From positions 1-64,000 of the IMG/VR virus record IMGVR_UViG_3300045988_170943: a stretch of DNA of 64,000 nucleotides. The stretch is one strand, 5' to 3'. The translations under genes and the position numbers were made by a program. Origin of the DNA: a virus. Positions 58,059 through 64,000 of the stretch are shown in pieces. The notes beneath the pieces were generated by a model. It ran no database searches. It saw only the letters and a program-made list of their open reading frames with translations, and was not told where the DNA came from. The stretch's first letter is position 1, and each line of letters opens with the position of its first letter.

Positions 58059-58880
58059 TCACCCGAGCACTACAGCATCCTTCTGGGCCTCAACAATCAG
58101 AGCATATGCGTCAGCGATGCGTCCAGCCCACACCATGGGCATGGAGTCGCTATAACTCTGGGCGCGAATCTCACGAACCGTCTCAATCAGCATGTTTGAG
58201 GCCAGCATCTCATCCACACTGGGGGCATACACCCCAACGTCCACACCCCAGCGGGCAGACTGAGCATTGGCCTCCAAGGCAGCCTGAACGCGCTCATCAT
58301 CGGGGATCTTGAAGTCCTCATGCAGGGGTACATTGATTCCGTCATCGTTGCGCATGTACTCGCGCCACACAGTGCGGAACAGGTCGAGATGAGCCAGGGG
58401 AACATACCACTCTCCCGCATGAGGCCCAGAGATGTTCGTCATCATCTTAGCGTCATAGTGCTCAGGGAGCCGCTTCGTGACCTCAACCACGCCATCGGAC
58501 ATGACCGCATACAGGGCAGGTGCAGGGCGAGAAACGATACCGTTAATGATGACAGAACGCGAGTAGTACTCATCGTAGCGTTCACGAACCACCTCCCGCT
58601 TATCTCGGCTCCCCAAGTGGAAGGTGTCGTAAACCTCACCATCACAGAAGGTGGATACAGCCTCGTAAATCAGGCCGTCAGGGGCGATAAAGTAGGTGTT
58701 TCTCCCAATGATGGTGGGGTGATCGCCATCCCACGAAGGGAGAGTCGTCTTAACTGTCTCCTTGCGCGATGAACGGCCGTAACCTCCATACCCCTCGCAG
58801 CGGATCCTGACCTTGACGGGCTTGGCTCCCGCCTTGATTGCGGCGTCCTGGCTCTCGGTCATGGTCTTAACGGTAATCAA
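58059..58880 (-). CDS. hypothetical protein (273 aa)
   Basis: TTG start with RBS AAAGGAGA at -6. Preceded by a minus-strand cassette variant. Confidence 0.5.
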   Translation of the reverse strand: MITVKTMTESQDAAIKAGAKPVKVRIRCEGYGGYGRSSRKETVKTTLPSWDGDHPTIIGRNTYFIAPDGLIYEAVSTFCDGEVYDTFHLGSRDKREVVRERYDEYYSRSVIINGIVSRPAPALYAVMSDGVVEVTKRLPEHYDAKMMTNISGPHAGEWYVPLAHLDLFRTVWREYMRNDDGINVPLHEDFKIPDDERVQAALEANAQSARWGVDVGVYAPSVDEMLASNMLIETVREIRAQSYSDSMPMVWAGRIADAYALIVEAQKDAVVLG

Positions 58881-58889
58881 GGGAGTCTC

Positions 58890-58975
58890 CTTTTGTGCGG
58901 TGTGTGTTTGTTGACTGATGTGAACACTACCTACTGTTCAGAGATGTGTCAACCATATGGTGTGTGAACTAGAAC
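58890..58975 (-). promoter_or_regulatory. cassette variant on minus strand (CTAGTTCACACACC box, TTGACA-N17-TAGTGT)
   Basis: The reverse complement shows the box followed by a sigma70-like promoter, upstream of gene 58059..58880. Confidence 0.5.
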
Positions 58976-59119
58976 ATAGTCGCACGAGATTTGAGCATAA
59001 CCGCTAGTAAGCACCAGAACCAACCTTCCGAAAGTGGGCATTCAAGGTTGGTTCTGGTGCTTCTATTGGAGGCATCTGAATGAACTTAGTAATGAGTCCC
59101 GGCCAGGATATTGGCTGAC

Positions 59120-59410
59120 TTACTCGACATTCCCCTCGCGCTTGTCCCACGTATCTGTTGGTACCACCTCAAAGCCGACCTGAACTCCAACCTTGTCCAC
59201 CAGGCTCATCGCCTTTGCCATGGCTTCGCTTGGTGACTTTGCGTCAATGGTGACAACCACGTCAATCATGCCCGGAAAATCAGTCGAGTCACTGATAGCG
59301 GGGTGGTATCCTTCAAGGTTGGTCATGATGTCATCCACCATAGCGTCCTCATCAGGGTACTCGTTGGGGTTGACGTTGATCGTGGCATTGTACAGCATGC
59401 ATTCTCCCAT
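59120..59410 (-). CDS. hypothetical protein (96 aa)
   Basis: ORF track entry. A candidate promoter TTGACG-N13-TACAAT lies upstream on the minus strand. Confidence 0.45.
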   Translation of the reverse strand: MGECMLYNATINVNPNEYPDEDAMVDDIMTNLEGYHPAISDSTDFPGMIDVVVTIDAKSPSEAMAKAMSLVDKVGVQVGFEVVPTDTWDKREGNVE

Positions 59411-59584
59411 GTGTCAAGTGTGAAGCAAGTTCTGCCATTGTAGCACATGTGCGTCAAGGGTGGCAACACGTTCCAGCAGAACCAGGTAGGTAAGGAAGTT
59501 GGGAGACGTGGCTCATAGGGGCTGAACGCCTCCCATCTCTTTTAGCCCATCCTCCCTTTTACAAAGGAGGGTGTTGGGAAATGT

Positions 59585-59950
59585 TTACGCCCAGGTGACA
59601 TCTTCAACATGCTCCCAGGATAGCCCCAGAGTGTTGAGCAGTGCATCCTCGGCAGCCTCGCGGTCAGAGTTCTCCATGCCTACCTCACCATCAGACCCAG
59701 GAACAGTGACTTCAATGTCACTCATCCAGTAGGGCGGCTCAGTATCCACCCCGTACAGGCTGTCCACGCCAGGCGGGATGACGTCAGAAACTCGAAGAAC
59801 CCACGGCCCGCCATTAATGTCGGTGTCGCTGGAGAGAAACCACTGGAGGACAATCTTAGTGCCGTCAGACACCAGCGCCTTAGCCTTCTGCTGTGTAGTG
59901 CTCATCAATGCTCTCTTTGAAGTAACGGTCGTTAACCTTTGCGACAACAA
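59585..59950 (-). CDS. hypothetical protein (121 aa)
   Basis: ORF track entry. RBS AAAGAGAG before the start. Confidence 0.45.
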   Translation of the reverse strand: MLSQRLTTVTSKRALMSTTQQKAKALVSDGTKIVLQWFLSSDTDINGGPWVLRVSDVIPPGVDSLYGVDTEPPYWMSDIEVTVPGSDGEVGMENSDREAAEDALLNTLGLSWEHVEDVTWA

Positions 59951-60141
59951 CCTAGATGCTCATCAGCATAAACCTACACTGCTGTAGTAGTCAAACACGG
60001 CACGAGTGATCTGCCGCACACCCACACAACAGAGAGAGTGGAACGTACTGCACCGACCTGAACCTAATCACTATAGGGACACCAATATTAGATGACGCGG
60101 GGCAAGACACCCAGAACCTTCTCTATGCGCGCTCTATATAA

Positions 60142-60200
60142 GTGACCCTGTTCACACCCCTACAGGTTGACGACTCCGGGCATGGGATGTCTATACTGGG
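60142..60200 (+). promoter_or_regulatory. cassette variant (GTGACCCTGTTCAC, TTGACG-N19-TATACT)
   Basis: The box and sigma70-like core lie upstream of the GTG at 60252. The leader diverges from the consensus. Confidence 0.45.
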
Positions 60201-60251
60201 GCCAGTTGGTGCGCATACACGCGAACCCACCATATTACTCCAGGAGGAAAA

Positions 60252-60656
60252 GTGTCCAAGATTATTCTCATCGTCAAGAGCATCAACAACACCGAGAAGC
60301 CGCTTGAGGCCCACGTTGGCGAGATCGACCGTGACGACCTGGATGATGCGGTCAAGGAGATGACTGACTCCAAGTATCTCGGTCGCACCTGGTCATCAGA
60401 CGATGCTGACGACCTGAAGAATGCCGCCGAGGACAAGGGTGCATACTTCATGGATGAGGCAGAAAACGACAGTGACTCCTACAACATCGTCACCCGCCAC
60501 TCTGACTACCTGGAAGACGGGGACGATGAGGTGACAGTGGTCATCAACTACACCTGTGGCGATGATCGCTCAATCGATGTCGCTACAGCGCGTACTGTGG
60601 CCACGTTCGACGGGGAGACCCGCGACCTGCTCTTCGACTACATGGCGAGTCTCTAA
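60252..60656 (+). CDS. hypothetical acidic protein (134 aa, GTG start)
   Basis: RBS CCAGGAGGAAAA before the GTG. Confidence 0.5.
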   Translation: MSKIILIVKSINNTEKPLEAHVGEIDRDDLDDAVKEMTDSKYLGRTWSSDDADDLKNAAEDKGAYFMDEAENDSDSYNIVTRHSDYLEDGDDEVTVVINYTCGDDRSIDVATARTVATFDGETRDLLFDYMASL

Positions 60657-60767
60657 GGCCCTCCTGCTCGCGTTAAGGCGTGAGTGGCGGGGTGTCAGAG
60701 AAATAGTTTCTGGCGTCATAAAAAAGACCAATACATCACACTTAAGTACTTAGATAGGATTCAGTCA

Positions 60768-60947
60768 TGGATAACCGCATGGCATCTGTTATTATTGGAG
60801 ATCTGCTTCAAGAAACTAGCGCAAACGTGATAGCGTCTACTGACGAACTCCGAAAGGATATGCTATTGGATCGCCTTGAAGTTCTTGAGATCGCCTTTTC
60901 TCTTGCATGTGATGGGGATCTCATTGATGAGGACCCGAACTCCTAGC
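60768..60947 (+). CDS. possible small protein (59 aa) in low-GC stretch
   Basis: Not in the track. An ATG-started ORF, MDNRMASVIIGDLLQETSANVIASTDELRKDMLLDRLEVLEIAFSLACDGDLIDEDPNS. Confidence 0.25.
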
Positions 60948-60978
60948 CCAAGTAGCAATAATGCACACCCCGCTCCTT

Positions 60979-61080
60979 GTGTTCCAGATCACATGCTACC
61001 AGGTTGCACCCATTTCGTGCACTCTGATATGGTGAACCCACCCAAGCGGGTGAGACACAAAGGTCCCATCCCTCGCCCAG
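60979..61080 (+). promoter_or_regulatory. cassette variant (GTGTTCCAGATCAC, GGTTGCAC, ATATGG)
   Basis: Copy lying upstream of the ATG at 61096. Confidence 0.45.
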
Positions 61081-61095
61081 AAAGAGAGACCGGTA

Positions 61096-61605
61096 ATGGC
61101 GGCGACAATCTTCGAGTCCGTCGAGGATGATGTGCGTGAGGCAGTCATCGCGCTCAACGTTAATGGCGAGATGGTAGCAGACGACTCCGGGGCTACCTTC
61201 AATAGCAAGAGCCTGACCATCTTCGCCCGCCCTGGATTCACTAGGGCGACTGTTCGGCTTGCCATTGAGGGCCATGAAGTTGAAGAGACCCTGACCATGC
61301 AGACCACTAGGCCAAAGTCCATCTGTGTGCTCGTGGAGGGGATGACTGAACGGCTCACTACTCTATCGAAGTGCGTGAGTGCCCTTGAGGGCGCTGGATG
61401 GTCGGTTACTAAGACCCAAGGGGGCATAGTGTTCATGGGCAACAAGAATAAGACGGTGTTCATGGCGGCGAACACCTGGGACATCTTCATCAACGGGAAG
61501 AGTCGCCGAAGTGCTGCAAAGATCCTCCATGACGCTGGGATCATTGAGGATACGAAGAGTATCCCCTATCAGCCGGGAACCTACCATCTCACCCGGAACG
61601 ACTAA
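61096..61605 (+). CDS. hypothetical protein (169 aa); 4-copy paralog family
   Basis: RBS GAAAGAGAGACCGGTA before the ATG. Family similarity as described for 49305..49811. Confidence 0.55.
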   Translation: MAATIFESVEDDVREAVIALNVNGEMVADDSGATFNSKSLTIFARPGFTRATVRLAIEGHEVEETLTMQTTRPKSICVLVEGMTERLTTLSKCVSALEGAGWSVTKTQGGIVFMGNKNKTVFMAANTWDIFINGKSRRSAAKILHDAGIIEDTKSIPYQPGTYHLTRND

Positions 61606-61616
61606 GGGGCGGACTC

Positions 61617-62249
61617 ATGACGTCGCCTCCACTCGTGCTCAGTGTTCGGGTGGGGGCAGAAGTGTATCAACTGATCATACTCTCCTGGGTGGCCTCATGT
61701 GGTATGTGGGTCCCCAGGAGGAAGAGTTCTTCCACCCGATGCGCCCGCCAAACGGTATGCTACTCAGAGCAAGTACAGCACCTAGAGTCAGGACGCGTAA
61801 CAATGCTAGAACAAGAGGATAAAAGGTCGCCTTGGTGGTGGTTCCTTGACTTCCTGATCGGGTACCTGCCTTTCCTTCCTGTCCAGATGTTCGCCCTCCA
61901 TGACATGATGTCACAAATGGAAACAGGTGGAGGGAAGGTTTTCGCAGTAGCGTGCTACATATGCATGGTTGCTATATTCAGCGGATACTTGTCGGAATTT
62001 GGTTGCAGTCTTCGAAAACGCTGGTGCAAGAGGGGCACTGGCGAAGACGGCCTCAAGGATACGAATGTCGCAGCAGGGAAGGAATCATCCGAAGTATACA
62101 GGGTAGATCGTGTTGATCTTGTTGGTGGTGACGAGTACGACTTGTTCATGAAATACGGGCTGGGGCAACAGCACGAGGACACCAACACCCCGGAAGAAGT
62201 CTGCACACCAAGGGAGAGGTTTTACGCCGGACAAAAGGATCAGAGGTAA
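61617..62249 (+). CDS. membrane-associated protein (210 aa); tandem paralog of 62252..62665
   Basis: RBS AAGGGGCGGACTC before the ATG. Shares the C-terminus RVDLVGGDEYDLFMKYGLG with the next gene. Confidence 0.5.
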   Translation: MTSPPLVLSVRVGAEVYQLIILSWVASCGMWVPRRKSSSTRCARQTVCYSEQVQHLESGRVTMLEQEDKRSPWWWFLDFLIGYLPFLPVQMFALHDMMSQMETGGGKVFAVACYICMVAIFSGYLSEFGCSLRKRWCKRGTGEDGLKDTNVAAGKESSEVYRVDRVDLVGGDEYDLFMKYGLGQQHEDTNTPEEVCTPRERFYAGQKDQR

Positions 62250-62251
62250 CA

Positions 62252-62665
62252 TTGAGGCAAGAAAACCGAAGATCGAGAAGCCAACATTTCAACGACTTAC
62301 TTGTCGGGCATGCTGTCCATCTTATTGTGTCATGGACATGCTTGTCCATAATGCTAACTCAAGCGGGCGCACCGGCACGGGTGTGGGTCATAGTGGGGGT
62401 TGCAAGCACGTTCAATGCGTTGTACCACTCTGATAAGATAGCCGACATTGGGCGAATACTCCGAGAACAGGGCAAGACAGATGCCCATTGCAACACATTA
62501 ACCCAAAACAGCACGAAAAACAAAACCCCCACCAGTGATCGCATTGAACTAGTAGATGGTGGCGAGTATGATCTGTTCGTGAAGTATGGGTTAGGGGAAG
62601 ATGGTGACAAAAATGTTCAACGAGGAGAGGGTCATGTCCAGCAAAGATGCCAGCAGTTTGAGTGA
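62252..62665 (+). CDS. membrane-associated protein (137 aa); tandem paralog
   Basis: Shares RIELVDGGEYDLFVKYGLG with the upstream gene. Starts 3 nt after the upstream stop. Confidence 0.5.
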   Translation: MRQENRRSRSQHFNDLLVGHAVHLIVSWTCLSIMLTQAGAPARVWVIVGVASTFNALYHSDKIADIGRILREQGKTDAHCNTLTQNSTKNKTPTSDRIELVDGGEYDLFVKYGLGEDGDKNVQRGEGHVQQRCQQFE

Positions 62666-63032
62666 GATTGATTCTGCGTTCAGTATCGTAAAGAAGGTGC
62701 ACCATGAGGTCATTGAAAATGGTGGCAGCGTTGCTGACGCAATCAGAATGCTCACACGCTTAGCGGAAGAGGGTGGGTACACGCTGCGCATAAATGGATG
62801 CAAGGTGCTAGTACGCAAGCCACCAAAAGACGCCGCATCAATTCGCCTCAACAGGGGGCGCCGCAGCACCAACAGTGTGCAGTTAGAGATGGTGGACGCT
62901 ATCATGAACGAGGTAAAGGATAAGCCTCATAGCAGCGTATGGGGAAGTCGTGAGGTATGGGATGCTCGACACCGGAGTGCGTACAGAGTGTTATGCCAAA
63001 AGGATACACCAGTAGGCGATAGGGTCATCTGA
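62634..63032 (+). CDS. hypothetical protein (132 aa)
   Basis: Internal ATG (12th codon of ORF 62601..63032) with RBS CGAGGAGAGGGTC. Overlaps the upstream gene by 32 nt. Confidence 0.45.
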   Translation: MSSKDASSLSEIDSAFSIVKKVHHEVIENGGSVADAIRMLTRLAEEGGYTLRINGCKVLVRKPPKDAASIRLNRGRRSTNSVQLEMVDAIMNEVKDKPHSSVWGSREVWDARHRSAYRVLCQKDTPVGDRVI

Positions 63033-63131
63033 CCTAGCCCTGTAGTATGAGTCACAAGTGGGCAGGGTTGATCTGTTGTGCGCCCGTCTGGTACCATGAG
63101 GAACACAGCAGTTCAAGGAGGTTTTGGTGAT

Positions 63132-63506
63132 ATGCTGCTTGATATCCCCAACGACATTGCAAGACTGTTTATCATGAAGCAGATCGCTACGAAGATGCTT
63201 CTGGAAGAGCCGTTTAATACTCACGAAGAGATGCGATTCAGTGAGGAGTTGATGCTGGACGTTGAAGTCGAGGACGGTCTAGCACAGGTTACTCTCTACG
63301 ACGCGGCTCTGCGGAGCATCATCCCAGTCAAGTCAGACAAGCACCCCAACGGGTGGCCACTGACTAGGGAGGGACTGTCACCAAACGACCTAGATGAGAT
63401 CGACTCCCTTGTGTACACTTTCTTCTTCTCTCACTACCCAAGTCAGGAGCGAACTTTCCTAGTGCACACCTGGGAGAACGCTTTTCACCGCTTCATTGTG
63501 AGTTAA
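63132..63506 (+). CDS. hypothetical protein (124 aa)
   Basis: Internal ATG (19th codon of ORF 63078..63506) with RBS CAAGGAGGTTTTGGTG. Confidence 0.45.
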   Translation: MLLDIPNDIARLFIMKQIATKMLLEEPFNTHEEMRFSEELMLDVEVEDGLAQVTLYDAALRSIIPVKSDKHPNGWPLTREGLSPNDLDEIDSLVYTFFFSHYPSQERTFLVHTWENAFHRFIVS

Positions 63507-63560
63507 CAAGCCCCCAGAACGAGATCTCTACATCATCACACATCAAGGAAAGGATACTGT

Positions 63561-64000
63561 TGTGTCAACATACTCGTACATAGACAATCTGAAGTTTGAC
63601 GCCAACTTCAAGGGGGCGAAGATTTCTAAAGAGGAATGGGATAATCTTGTGAACGACACGCTTGATATGACTTTCCTTACTAGCGTGATCGATTTCAAGC
63701 CAAAGTTCAACAAGGCGGGGCATGTCACTAAAGTCAATGCCGAGGATGCAGGAAGAGATAACTCGGCACTATATCTCCCTGACGAACTGCGGGTCATGAA
63801 GAGATTCCTTGACGATCGTGGTGTCAAATACACCCTGGAGTTCGATGTCATCACTGGTCGAACCGCAGAGATCAACCGGTTCAAGATTAGCGACAAGAAC
63901 CCTGACGTCATGATCTCAACATGTGAGGTAGTGTTCAAGGGCTTCGTGCCTATCACCGAGGTGGACAGAGAGAACATTCCAGAGTACGGAAGCACCCTTT
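63561..64000 (+). CDS. hypothetical protein, 5' partial (runs off window end)
   Basis: GTG start with RBS CAAGGAAAGGATAC. The frame is open to the window end. Preferred over the antisense ORF 63543..63995. Confidence 0.4.

Noticed and set aside
1-64000. Search for CRISPR arrays, tRNA or rRNA genes
   Set aside because: I saw no regularly spaced direct repeats and no GTTCGAATC or TPsiC-type tRNA signatures by eye. A tRNAscan or CRISPR finder run would be needed to be certain.

Overview
This is a ~57% GC, gene-dense window that is almost entirely ORFans. It looks like a large phage, prophage or mobile island of a high-GC Gram-positive (actinobacterial-type) host: genes carry Shine-Dalgarno GGAGG-type RBSs and sigma70-like promoters, and I found no tRNA, rRNA or CRISPR array. 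Two unrelated large TnpB-like RuvC/zinc-finger genes (4363..5895 and 45353..46879, both minus strand) sit without any TnpA and have IS200/605-like hairpins at their ends. A minus-strand operon of unknown membrane and coiled-coil proteins runs from about 10000 to 18750. The plus strand is dominated by long runs (19155..25154, 27367..31854 and 33631..64000) of small unknown genes, several of them in paralogous families. The most striking feature is a promoter-leader cassette of about 90 nt repeated at least 19 times (17 on the plus strand, 2 on the minus strand) in front of unrelated genes: an upstream box GTGTGnnnCAGTTCAC, then a -35 GGTTGCGG, then a -10 TATAGT or TATGGT, then a conserved transcribed leader TGAGTCATCAGCCAGAGGGAAGAGC. 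A second motif, ATAGGGACACCA, recurs five or six times and only on the plus strand; one copy is identical to the T7-class promoter core TCACTATAGGGA. The few genes with a recognisable fold are a zeta-toxin-like P-loop kinase (27449..28642, interrupted by a C9 homopolymer), a CPBP/Abi-type intramembrane protease (32065..33126) and the two TnpB-like nucleases. All coordinates are read by eye and may be off by 1 to 2 nt.
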